Assembly (NCBI GenBank): GCA_044222475.1
Contig: JBGANF010000107.1
Coordinates: 1 to 27,323, forward strand
Source: Polyangiaceae bacterium
GTDB lineage: Bacteria; Myxococcota_A; Polyangia; Polyangiales; Polyangiaceae
Direction: 5' to 3'
DNA: 27,323 nucleotides
In this document: piece after piece, positions 7,249 to 15,788 of the stretch
Position numbering within the stretch: position 1 is the first letter of the stretch
Layout of the letters: each line of letters begins with the position of its first letter
Program-made: the position numbers and the translations under genes
Notes under the pieces: model-generated
What the model saw: only the letters and a program-made list of their open reading frames with translations
The model's database searches: none
Told to the model about the DNA's origin: nothing

Positions 7249-9201
7249 TCAGCGGAGCTCGGCCGTGATCGACGCGCGGAGCGCCGCCGAGACGAGCGCT
7301 CGCGAAGCCGACGCCGTGTCGCCTTTCGTCGCGGATTCGTGCGCCCCGCGGAGCTCCGCGGCGAGGGCTCGCAAACCGACCTCTTCGGCCGACACGGCAG
7401 CGCCGAGGAGCCGACGCAGCGCGTGCTCGTCGAGCGACTTCGCACCGACGTGCACCGCTTCTTCGAGCGAGGCGAAGACGGTGCGCAGCGTCTCGCCGAC
7501 GACGTCGGTGCGTGCGCGGACGTCGTGACGCGGCAGCGTCGTGTCCCCGGCGACCGGACCGGAGATGTCGGGGACGACGACCGTCTCCCCGGCGATGGCC
7601 GAGATCTCGAGCGCGATGCCGAACTTCCCCCGCTGGAGCTGGCCGGCGACGAATCGGACCGCGCCGCGCAGCGCCGTCGCTGCCGCGTCGACGGCGTGCG
7701 GCGCGACCGACCGATGCGCGACCGTCGCGGTGAAGCGGTGGCCCGCCTCGTCGATCAGCGCGGCGACGATCATCTGCTCGGCGGTGAGGTACGCGAGATC
7801 GTGCACTTCCTTGACCGCGACGACGTGGACGTCCTCGGCGAGGACGCGCGGGCGCAGCGCCGCCGGTGGGCGTGCCCGTAACGCGGCGAGATGCGCCTCC
7901 ATGTCTCGTACCAAAATGGGACTCGGCAGCGAACCCCACTCGCCACGCTGCGGGGTGACCGAGGTCTGGGTCGACCGCGACGTGGCGAGCTCCATGGATC
8001 GGTTGGCGCGCCTGCGCACAGCCTTGGATACCACCTGACCCTGCGCGACTTGCTGCAACGAGAGCTTCGAGGCGACGCTTCGTCGCGCGAGAGACGGGCC
8101 TTCGTCGAGCGGTTCCTTCTCCTTGAAATCCCAGCGCTTCGCCAAGACGAGCACGGTCGCCGTGTCCGGGTCGGCCAAGTAGACCTCGGCGAACCGCGAG
8201 CGGCCATCGGCTCGAAGCCGGGCCCCGAGACCGACGAGGCGCACGTGATCGAGGAGAGTCTCCGGTGCTTCGTCCTCACCGAGGACGTAGCGCATCGGGA
8301 GCTCGCCCTCGGCGCGTGCTGCCCGCGATCGGGCCTCGATTTCGGTGAGGAGCGTCAGCACCTTCGCCGACGAATACAGAGCGCTGCGCGCGCGGTACCC
8401 GTCGAGCGTCTGCTCGAGCTCTTCGAGCGCCGAAGCGATCCAGATCATCTTCCCGTCCTCGGCCCGAGTTCGGATCTGAGCGAAACGGTTCGCCGACGGA
8501 AGCGAGCCGGCGACTCCGGCGGCGAGCACGTCGCGCGCGAGCCCGACCGCGGCGTCGAGATCGTCGAACGAGCGCGCGGCGCTCGTACCACCGAGGGACA
8601 CGACCGTCGGCGCGGTGATCGGTCCGGCCTGGCGAAACGCCCAGATGGCGATCGCTTGGTGCTCGCACCCGCCTTGCTCGGCGCAGTCGCAGCGCGCGTA
8701 CGCGACGTCACGTGGGACGAGGAAGCGCACGGTGCACGCGGGGAGCTTCGCGGTCGGGACCGCGCCCGGCTCGACCGTGACGAGTACGCCCTTCTTCAAG
8801 AGGAGGCGCGCACGTTCGATGCGCTTGCCGATCGCCTTCTCGATCGCGGCGTCGGTGATCTCGGCCGGGGACCACGACTCCGGGAGGCGCGAGCTCTCCG
8901 GCGGAGGGCCGTCACCGTGCTTCGCCTCGAACCAGCTCTTGTACGCGAGCGCGACGGCGACGCGATGGCGGCACACGTTGGGCGCGGGGCACGTGCACGG
9001 CGTCTCCTTGAGCGTCTTGCCAGGGAGCAGCTTGGCGACGACGCCATCGGCGAACGTTCCGACCACGACGCCGTCGGCCGTCTCCTCCAGCGCGGGCCCG
9101 GCGCCTTCGGCGATCTCGCGGATCGCGCGCTTCACCAGGCCGGCGTTCGAGAGCGCGGTGACCGCCTCGGGCGTGAGGGCGAGGAGGTCCGGGCGACTCA
9201 C
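7249..9201 (-). CDS. yehQ: YehQ-like protein with two SWIM zinc fingers (650 aa)
   Basis: The GTG start overlaps the TGA of the vWA gene. N-terminus SRPDLLALTPEAVTALSNAGLVKRA. SWIM motifs CTCPAPNVCRH and CDCAEQGGCEH (CxC-x(n)-CxH). Position after the vWA gene matches yehLMPQ. Confidence 0.85.
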   Translation of the reverse strand: MSRPDLLALTPEAVTALSNAGLVKRAIREIAEGAGPALEETADGVVVGTFADGVVAKLLPGKTLKETPCTCPAPNVCRHRVAVALAYKSWFEAKHGDGPPPESSRLPESWSPAEITDAAIEKAIGKRIERARLLLKKGVLVTVEPGAVPTAKLPACTVRFLVPRDVAYARCDCAEQGGCEHQAIAIWAFRQAGPITAPTVVSLGGTSAARSFDDLDAAVGLARDVLAAGVAGSLPSANRFAQIRTRAEDGKMIWIASALEELEQTLDGYRARSALYSSAKVLTLLTEIEARSRAARAEGELPMRYVLGEDEAPETLLDHVRLVGLGARLRADGRSRFAEVYLADPDTATVLVLAKRWDFKEKEPLDEGPSLARRSVASKLSLQQVAQGQVVSKAVRRRANRSMELATSRSTQTSVTPQRGEWGSLPSPILVRDMEAHLAALRARPPAALRPRVLAEDVHVVAVKEVHDLAYLTAEQMIVAALIDEAGHRFTATVAHRSVAPHAVDAAATALRGAVRFVAGQLQRGKFGIALEISAIAGETVVVPDISGPVAGDTTLPRHDVRARTDVVGETLRTVFASLEEAVHVGAKSLDEHALRRLLGAAVSAEEVGLRALAAELRGAHESATKGDTASASRALVSAALRASITAELR

Positions 9202-10325
9202 GCTCGCACCTTCTGGGCGATGAAGTCGACGAGCTGCCCCGGCGTCATCGCGCCGACGTGCGCACCGACGTTCACGAGGCGCTGCGCCGTGTCGCGGTTG
9301 TAGGCCGGGTTCGCTTGGTCGTCGAGCGCGGCCAGTCCGAGGACGATCGAGCCTTGGTCGCAGAGCGACTTCACCCGGCTGATGAGCGCTGCTTCGCTCC
9401 CACCTTCGTAGAAGTCGGTGATGAGTACCACGATGGTACGACGCGGGTTCTCGACGAGAGAGGCCCCGTAGGCGACCGCCTTCGCGATGTCGGTCCCTCC
9501 GCCGAGCTGCACCTTCATGAGGACCTCGACCGGGTCCGTGCAGCGCTCCGTGAGATCGACGACGTTGGTGTCGAAGATGGCGAGATGCGTCTTGGTCGAC
9601 GGGAGGCCCCACAGGCACGCCGCCGTCACTGCCGCGTGGATGACCGATCCGAGCATGCTCCCGCTCTCGTCGACGAGGAGAATGATCTGCCACTTGTCCA
9701 TCGAGCGGCGCGTACGCGAGACGAACAGCGGATCCTTGATGAACAAGCGCTGCGCGCGGACGTCCCACTGGGCGAGGTTCTTGCGGATCGTGCGCTTGGC
9801 GTCGAAGTTTCTCGCGTTCTTGATGCGCGACGGCCGGCGCGTCTTCGCGCCGTGGAACGACTTCTTCACCTTGCGCGCGAGCTTTTCCATGAGCTTGCGC
9901 ACGACCTTCGCGACGAGCTCGCGCGCGAGGGCCAGCACTTCGGGGTTCATGAGGTGCTTCGTGTGCAGAACCGCGCGGAGCAACGTCTCGTTCGGCTCGA
10001 TCCGCTTGAGCACCTCGGGGTTCGTGACGACCTCGTGGATTTGGTACTTCTCCACTGCGTCGCGCTCGAGGCGCTCGATTGTCTCCTTCGGGAAGAGGCG
10101 GTGCACCTCGCTGATCCATGCGGGCACCGTCAGGGCCGAGTCTTCGAGGCCGGCACTTCGCTCGCGAATGTCGCGCTCGCCTTCGCCGCGCTCGTAGAGC
10201 CAACCGAGCGCCGCGTCCGCTGCGGCGTCGTCCGCGCTCATGCCCGCGCGACCGTCGAGCGCCGACTCGGACGCCCGACCGAGGAGGAGTCGCCAGCGGA
10301 CCCAGCGTTCGTCGCGCGCGCTCAC
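9198..10325 (-). CDS. yehP: YehP-like vWA (CoxE-type) domain protein (375 aa)
   Basis: The GTG start overlaps the yehM stop. N-terminal RWRLLLG. Intact MIDAS: LLVDESGSM, GGGTDI and LITDFYEGG. Confidence 0.9.
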   Translation of the reverse strand: MSARDERWVRWRLLLGRASESALDGRAGMSADDAAADAALGWLYERGEGERDIRERSAGLEDSALTVPAWISEVHRLFPKETIERLERDAVEKYQIHEVVTNPEVLKRIEPNETLLRAVLHTKHLMNPEVLALARELVAKVVRKLMEKLARKVKKSFHGAKTRRPSRIKNARNFDAKRTIRKNLAQWDVRAQRLFIKDPLFVSRTRRSMDKWQIILLVDESGSMLGSVIHAAVTAACLWGLPSTKTHLAIFDTNVVDLTERCTDPVEVLMKVQLGGGTDIAKAVAYGASLVENPRRTIVVLITDFYEGGSEAALISRVKSLCDQGSIVLGLAALDDQANPAYNRDTAQRLVNVGAHVGAMTPGQLVDFIAQKVRA

Positions 10326-12625
10326 GAGGCGTCCTCCGGCGGCAGGAGGCCGTACCGGGCCAGCACGTCGTCGACGCGCTTCTCGAGCTCGAACGAGGCG
10401 GCGACGGCGGAGACCTCGACGCGATCGATGAGCGATCGCGCGTCGAGCCTGGGGCCCGCGCCGGCCTCCGTCGCGGCGACGAGGGACTCGGCGATGGCGA
10501 GCCGTTCGCGCGGGGGGAAGAACGAGAACGCTTGGCGGAGCGCCGGGAGCGCGATGAAGAAGTCGTCGCGGCCGAAGCCGGTGATCGACGTGTCGACCGC
10601 GCTGACCAGCTCGGGCGCGCGCACGACCTGCTCGCGGGCGAGCGCGAAGAGACCGGCGAGAAAGTCGCCGATGGCCTCGGGGCGACTCGCGGAGCGAAGC
10701 GCCCGTACGGCGCGATCGGTGTCGACCTCGCCTTCGGTCGACCACAGGAACCCGAGCGCAGCGCCTCGGATCGACGCCGGGGTCGTCCCATCGGCGACGG
10801 CTCGCTCGCACACGGCGTGCGCTCTCGTGCCGTCGAGGCCCAACGGTTCCTTGCCGTAGCGGAGCACGTTCCGCAGCGCGACGACGGCGTCGACGAGCTT
10901 CTGGTCGTAGGCCGCGTTCTCGCCGCGGATGCCTTCGAGGAGCCACAGGCCACGCTCGAAGCACGACACGAGCACCTTTCCGAGCGCGCCGAGCTCCCGC
11001 GCCCCGAGGACCGCCTCGCCTCGCCACAAGAGCAGTAGTCGCGCGAGCGCGACCCCGAGCGCCGCAAGCGATGGCTCGCGGGCGATGAGCGACTCGATCG
11101 ACGCGAGCCATCGATCGGTCAGGCCCGAGATCCCCGCGAGGGCGGCCTCGACGAGAGCGTCGGCGAGAGCTGGCAGATCGAACGCTTCGCGCGTCGCCTC
11201 TTCGAGCTTCGCGGCGGTCGCACCTTCGAGCGTGGCGCCGTAGATCGCTGCCTCGACCAGCGCGGTGTCGGTCTCGAGCTTGCGGACGACCGTCCACTCT
11301 TCGGTGAGACTCGTCTGCGCGCGTGCGAGCGAAGGTCCGCGCGTGCGCGCGAAGCCCGGGATCTTCAGCACGCGCAGGCGATGCAGCACGCGGCTCTTCT
11401 GGACGCCCTTGTCGGAGTCGAGATCGATCTTGAGCTTCGCTTCGGCGCGACCGAGCTCGATCCCGACGCGCTCGAGCTCGGCGAACGCGTCGATCGCGAG
11501 CGGCGGGCGCGGCGTGCCTTTCCCGAGCGTCCCGATCTTCTCGCCCGAGAACGCGGCGACCATCTCGACGAGCATCGGGTCGGTACCGGGCAGGAGCACG
11601 CCGCGGCGTGTCCACGGCAGGGGTGCTTCGAGCGCGTCCTTCACGAGCGCACCGGCGAGACCGTCGAGGACGTCGATGCGAGTGAGCGCGCGGTGGCCGC
11701 GCAACATCCGAAGCCCTTCGGCCAGCGTCTTCGCCGCGATCGCGTCGGCAGGGGAGACGCGCTGCTTCTTCTCGCGGAGGTGCTTCACCGTGTGAAAGAG
11801 CATCGCGTCGGCCGCGGCTTCCGGGCCCTTCTCCCACACTGCTTGGTGGAACGCAGGCGACGGCATCCCGGACGCGTACCCGGCGAAGCTGTCGAGTCGC
11901 TTGAAGGAGAACGGAACCAGGTAGCTGCCGATTCGAGAGTCGATCGGCTCCGCGAGGTTCGGCTTGTCTCCGGCCATCGCACTCCACCCGCGCTCGAGGG
12001 CGGGCTTGTGGTAGCCGCCGCAGACGACGACGACCGGCTTCCCGGCGGCCTCCTTCATCGCCCACGCGATCCAGCGGTTCATGAAGTCTTCGCGCGGTCC
12101 GTCGCGCTCGCCGCCGGGTTCGTCGCCGCGGAGCTCGGCGAAGTATTTGTCGAGGCGGGCTTCGAGATCGCTCGCGCGCTCGGGCTGCTCGAAGAGGTGA
12201 TCCCACAGGGCGTCGGTGTCTTCGAAGCCGAGGCGCGTGCAGAGCTCGCCGATGCGATCGGACGCGCGCACGTGGCGATCGGAGTAGCGGTTCTCTTCGC
12301 CGACGAACGCGTCGTGCCACGCCGGGAGATCGTTGAAGAGCGCGGTCGCGCCCACCTCGGCGGCGGCGCGCAGCGCGATCCACTCCGGCGAGTAGTCGCA
12401 GAACGGCGTCCACATGCCGCGGGACGATCCGGACTCCTTGTCTTGCCGGTACGAGAACAGCGCGATGGGGAGCACGTGGTCGAGCGCGAGCTCGCCGAGC
12501 CGATCGTTCATGTCGCTCGGCCCCTCGATGAGGACGAAGCGGGGGCGTTCGCGCAGGATCACCTCGCGCACGAGACGTGCGCACGCGGGGCTGTGGTGGC
12601 GAACGCCGACGACGATCGGTTTCAT
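10322..12625 (-). CDS. yehM: YehM / DUF5682 family protein (767 aa)
   Basis: GVRHHSPACA, VLIEGPSD, PFCDYSPEWIAL, VVCGGYH and RLDSFAGYASGMPSP are DUF5682 signatures. It lies between the MoxR ATPase and vWA genes. Confidence 0.9.
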   Translation of the reverse strand: MKPIVVGVRHHSPACARLVREVILRERPRFVLIEGPSDMNDRLGELALDHVLPIALFSYRQDKESGSSRGMWTPFCDYSPEWIALRAAAEVGATALFNDLPAWHDAFVGEENRYSDRHVRASDRIGELCTRLGFEDTDALWDHLFEQPERASDLEARLDKYFAELRGDEPGGERDGPREDFMNRWIAWAMKEAAGKPVVVVCGGYHKPALERGWSAMAGDKPNLAEPIDSRIGSYLVPFSFKRLDSFAGYASGMPSPAFHQAVWEKGPEAAADAMLFHTVKHLREKKQRVSPADAIAAKTLAEGLRMLRGHRALTRIDVLDGLAGALVKDALEAPLPWTRRGVLLPGTDPMLVEMVAAFSGEKIGTLGKGTPRPPLAIDAFAELERVGIELGRAEAKLKIDLDSDKGVQKSRVLHRLRVLKIPGFARTRGPSLARAQTSLTEEWTVVRKLETDTALVEAAIYGATLEGATAAKLEEATREAFDLPALADALVEAALAGISGLTDRWLASIESLIAREPSLAALGVALARLLLLWRGEAVLGARELGALGKVLVSCFERGLWLLEGIRGENAAYDQKLVDAVVALRNVLRYGKEPLGLDGTRAHAVCERAVADGTTPASIRGAALGFLWSTEGEVDTDRAVRALRSASRPEAIGDFLAGLFALAREQVVRAPELVSAVDTSITGFGRDDFFIALPALRQAFSFFPPRERLAIAESLVAATEAGAGPRLDARSLIDRVEVSAVAASFELEKRVDDVLARYGLLPPEDAS

Positions 12626-12628
12626 CGA

Positions 12629-13738
12629 TCAGCCGGGAAGACGGTGGCGCGCTTCGTAGTACGCGCGCCAGTGCGGACCCTGGCCTTTGCTCACGCGCTG
12701 CTCGAAATATCGGCGAAGCCGCGCGACGTCCTCGGAGTCGGTCTTGATCGCGGCGCCGATGAGGCACTCGACGAGGTCCTCCGCCGATGGCGGCGCTCCT
12801 TCGAGGAAATGGCTCCGCACGCCCATCGCGTACGCGACGCTCACCGCCTCGGCGGTCGACATCGGAACGCTCAACCGGTCCATCGCTTGACCGTCCTTGG
12901 TCTGCCCGGCGCGCAGCTCGCGGAAGGTCGTGACGAGCAGGTCGAGCATGTCGTCGTCGGGGTAGGTCGGCACGCCGGAGCGCTCGAGCAGGCGCTTCGC
13001 CTCCTCGCGCACGAGGTCCATCTCGACCTGGAAGTCGGGGATGGGGAACACGGTCTCGAAGTTGAAGCGGCGCTTGAGCGCGGCGCTCATCTCGTTGACG
13101 CCGAGGTCGCGCGTGTTCGCCGTCGCGATCACGTTGAAGCCCTCCTTCGCGAAGAGCATCGCGGACGAGCCCTCCATCTCGGGGATGGCGAGCACGCGAT
13201 CGGACAGGGCCGCGAGCAGCGAGTCCTGGATCTCGAGCGGGCAGCGCGTGACCTCTTCGAAGCGGACGATCCCGCCTTCCTTCATGCCGGTGTAGAGCGG
13301 CGCCGGAACGAGCGCGCGCGGCGTCGGACCTTCGGCCAGGAGGAGCGCGTAGTTCCACGAGTACTTGATCTGATCGTCGGTGGTTCCCGCGCTGCCCTGG
13401 ATCGTCAGCGTGGAGCGACCGCAGATGGCGGCGGCGAGGAGCTCCGAGAGGAGCGATTTCGCCGTGCCGGGCTCGCCGACGAAGATGAGACCGCGGTTGG
13501 TGGCGAGGGCGACCATCGCGCGATCGACGAGCGACGGATTTCCGACGAACTTCTTCCGGATCTTCTTCTTCTCGTCACCGAGGATGAACGCGCGCACGGC
13601 CCGCGGCGTGAGCCTCCAGCCCGGCGGTTTGGGGCCCGAGTCGCCTTTCGCGAGCGTCGCGAGCTCCTCCGCGTACGTGATCTCGGCCGGCGGCCGCTGG
13701 AGGGTCTCGGGCGTTTCGGCTTTTCCTTGCTTGGTCAC
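12629..13738 (-). CDS. yehL: YehL-type MoxR AAA+ ATPase (369 aa)
   Basis: N-terminal LQRPPAEITYAEEL, Walker A GEPGTAKS, IKYSWNYALLLAEGP, Walker B IVRFEE, and sensor/Arg finger ATANTRDLGVNEMSAALKRRFNF. Confidence 0.92.
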   Translation of the reverse strand: MTKQGKAETPETLQRPPAEITYAEELATLAKGDSGPKPPGWRLTPRAVRAFILGDEKKKIRKKFVGNPSLVDRAMVALATNRGLIFVGEPGTAKSLLSELLAAAICGRSTLTIQGSAGTTDDQIKYSWNYALLLAEGPTPRALVPAPLYTGMKEGGIVRFEEVTRCPLEIQDSLLAALSDRVLAIPEMEGSSAMLFAKEGFNVIATANTRDLGVNEMSAALKRRFNFETVFPIPDFQVEMDLVREEAKRLLERSGVPTYPDDDMLDLLVTTFRELRAGQTKDGQAMDRLSVPMSTAEAVSVAYAMGVRSHFLEGAPPSAEDLVECLIGAAIKTDSEDVARLRRYFEQRVSKGQGPHWRAYYEARHRLPG

Positions 13739-13759
13739 GGCGGAAGCGTACCCGCTAAT

Positions 13760-14551
13760 TCAGCGCAGCCGAAGGTGCTTTCGAATCCCCGCGCTGTAGG
13801 CGATGGATTCGCGCTCCGCGGCGACGTTCGCGACGACGCCCGGTCGGCGAACGTCGCGATAGAGGCCAATCGTCGCGTCGAGCGCGTCGAGACACGACCG
13901 CGCGTCGTGCGTCGCGAGCGTCTTCTCGAGCTTGCGCGAGAGGTCCGGCGCGACCCGCTCGATCCTGCGCACGCCCGCCGGGCGGAAGCCGGCGCGCTCG
14001 AGCCCGAGCGGCCCCAACACGCGGGCCCGAAGGAAGGAGAGCGAGTCGATCGCTTCGAAGAGCTCACCGCGCCCCACCTTCGACGCGACGTAGTGGACCC
14101 AGACCCAGAAGCGATCTTCGATCCACTGCGGATCGGGCTCGGGGTAGCGCGCCACGTCCCTCGCGAGCGCGTTCGTCACCCGACCGTCGCGCTCGAAGAG
14201 GATCGCAGGATCTTCGACTCGCGTCGCAACGTCGGTCGCGGCGACGAACTTGAGGTCGACGTGAAGCAGGGGCGATCCATAGAGGCAGATCAAGAGGCGC
14301 GGCTCGCCCACATGCTCCCCGGTGAACGCCGCGAGGAGCGGGCCGAGCGTAGCGGCGATCACGCGGCGCTCCTCCAGGAGTGCGTGGAACGCGGACGGCT
14401 CGACGACGATCACCAGATCGACGTCGCTGAAGTCGTCCATCGTACCAGTGAGGTACGAGCCGCCGGCTGCGACCCCGACGATGCGAGGGTCGTTCGCGAG
14501 CTTCTTCGACGCGGCGTCGAGGAATGCCTGGTGGGTCTCCGGAATCGCCAT
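13760..14551 (-). CDS. Pol-beta-superfamily nucleotidyltransferase (AadK/Lnu-like two-domain architecture, 263 aa)
   Basis: GGSYLTGTMDDFSDVDL fits the GS-x(10)-DxD motif, and a third acidic residue lies in HVDLKF. A helical C-terminal domain follows (KVGRGELFEA, GVRRIE). The start at MAIPETH has TATCGT 6 nt upstream. Confidence 0.85.
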   Translation of the reverse strand: MAIPETHQAFLDAASKKLANDPRIVGVAAGGSYLTGTMDDFSDVDLVIVVEPSAFHALLEERRVIAATLGPLLAAFTGEHVGEPRLLICLYGSPLLHVDLKFVAATDVATRVEDPAILFERDGRVTNALARDVARYPEPDPQWIEDRFWVWVHYVASKVGRGELFEAIDSLSFLRARVLGPLGLERAGFRPAGVRRIERVAPDLSRKLEKTLATHDARSCLDALDATIGLYRDVRRPGVVANVAAERESIAYSAGIRKHLRLR

Positions 14552-14589
14552 GCGTGGACGATATCGCGAATTGCGGGTACCTCTGGGGG

Positions 14590-15309
14590 ATGCGCTACGT
14601 CCGCTTGCTCTTCGCCGCCGGGTGCGTCTTCTCTTCGACCGCGCTGTTCGTCGCCTGCGTGGGCGACACGCCGGTGACGAACCCGCCTGACGCCAGCGTG
14701 GGCGACTCGGCGACGCAAGACACGGGCACGACGCCCGACTCGGCGAGCGAGGCTGCTCCTCCCGGTGACTCGGGCGGAGACGCGACGGCGCCGTGCTCGA
14801 ACCCGGTGCTGGGCAACTCGTTCGCGACCCCCACCGGCGCATCGAACGCAGCGTTTTCCCCACCGTCCGTGGGCCCGCTCCTCTCCGGTGACTACAAGCT
14901 CACGGCGTTCGGGTTCGCCACCGGGATCTGCTTCCCCGCGCCCTGTCCGTACAACCCGAAAGCCGGGTCGGCGTTCGGCGGGCTTCGCGTCACGTCGCTG
15001 GGTGGCAACTCGTTCTCGATCGAGCGCCACGTCGAGGCCCAGCAGTCGAAGAAGACGGTCCTCTTCGACCGTTTCACCGGGACGTACGATCAGATCAACC
15101 GCAACCTCACCGTCACCCGAAGCTGCACGGTCGACGGCGGCTCGACGAGCGACGCTGGCACGACGTGGAAGACCCACGTCGAGGTCGTCGATGGGAGCGC
15201 GACGGGCAAGGTGTTCCTCGAGGTGCCCGACTTCGGCGTCGAGCAGGTCACGGCCGATGGGTCCGCGGGCCCGCCGGCCGCGGCGACCGGTACGTTCGTG
15301 AAACAGTGA
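14590..15309 (+). CDS. Hypothetical lipoprotein (239 aa)
   Basis: MRYVRLLFAAGCVFSSTALFVAC lipobox, a myxobacterial-style D/S/G/T linker (PDAS...DSGGDA), then a beta-rich domain. Confidence 0.75.
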   Translation: MRYVRLLFAAGCVFSSTALFVACVGDTPVTNPPDASVGDSATQDTGTTPDSASEAAPPGDSGGDATAPCSNPVLGNSFATPTGASNAAFSPPSVGPLLSGDYKLTAFGFATGICFPAPCPYNPKAGSAFGGLRVTSLGGNSFSIERHVEAQQSKKTVLFDRFTGTYDQINRNLTVTRSCTVDGGSTSDAGTTWKTHVEVVDGSATGKVFLEVPDFGVEQVTADGSAGPPAAATGTFVKQ

Positions 15310-15350
15310 CAGGGCGAATCCTCGTCGCGCTACGTTGGCTCCAAGGAGCC

Positions 15351-15785
15351 ATGCGCAACGTCATCCCCTCACTCGCCGCCGTCGCCGTCCTCGTCTCCGT
15401 CGCATGCGGAGGTGCCACGCCACCCGCAAAGGATGCGCGGGTGGATCCCGAGTACGACCGCCTCTGCGCAGGCGTCGCCCCCGAGGAGCAAGCGCGCTGC
15501 CCGATGGCGTGGGTGAAGTCGGTCGAAGACGTGCCCGGAGGCATCGTGATGCACCTCGACGCGAGCGCGCCCGCACCGCCCGAGCTCGAGAAGCGCATGA
15601 AGTGCCATCGCGCCTGGATGGCCCACGACTCGAAGAACGACATGCCCGGGTGCCCGCTCGGGTCTCCCGGCATCGAGGTCACCGCCAAGGCCGGCGCGCA
15701 AGGAAGCGACCTGCAGCTCGTCGCGACGACTGAGACCGACGTCGCCGAGGTGCGCCGGCGCACCCACGCGCGCTTCGACAAGTAG
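15351..15785 (+). CDS. Small Cys/Met/His-containing lipoprotein (144 aa)
   Basis: An AAGGAG SD-like motif lies just upstream. MRNVIPSLAAVAVLVSVAC lipobox. Two CP-initiated internal half-repeats. Confidence 0.75.
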   Translation: MRNVIPSLAAVAVLVSVACGGATPPAKDARVDPEYDRLCAGVAPEEQARCPMAWVKSVEDVPGGIVMHLDASAPAPPELEKRMKCHRAWMAHDSKNDMPGCPLGSPGIEVTAKAGAQGSDLQLVATTETDVAEVRRRTHARFDK

Positions 15786-15788
15786 GCG

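Noticed and set aside
13245..13275. Walker B reading IVRFEE instead of hhhhDE, suggesting an inactive ATPase
   Set aside because: As I recall, FEE is the normal form in the YehL subfamily. Walker A, sensor and Arg-finger motifs are intact.
7249..13358. ORF-track giant proteins 7249..11067 (1272 aa) and 9198..13358 (1386 aa) suggesting fusions or programmed frameshifts
   Set aside because: Their N-terminal parts are low-complexity off-frame read-through of yehM/yehL. The real genes start at GTG 9201 and GTG 10325, each overlapping the upstream stop codon.
13760..14551. Calling the nucleotidyltransferase an antibiotic-resistance gene (lnu/aadK)
   Set aside because: Only fold-level motifs are visible, there is no mobile context, and the substrate cannot be inferred from the sequence.
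11381..14677. 1098-aa plus-strand ORF, and similar long ORFs at 292..1371, 5345..7528, 9258..10859, 18896..21391 and 25246..27252
   Set aside because: They are antisense shadows of well-supported minus-strand genes. The Arg/Gly/Ala-rich, motif-free translations are expected from high GC3 codon bias.
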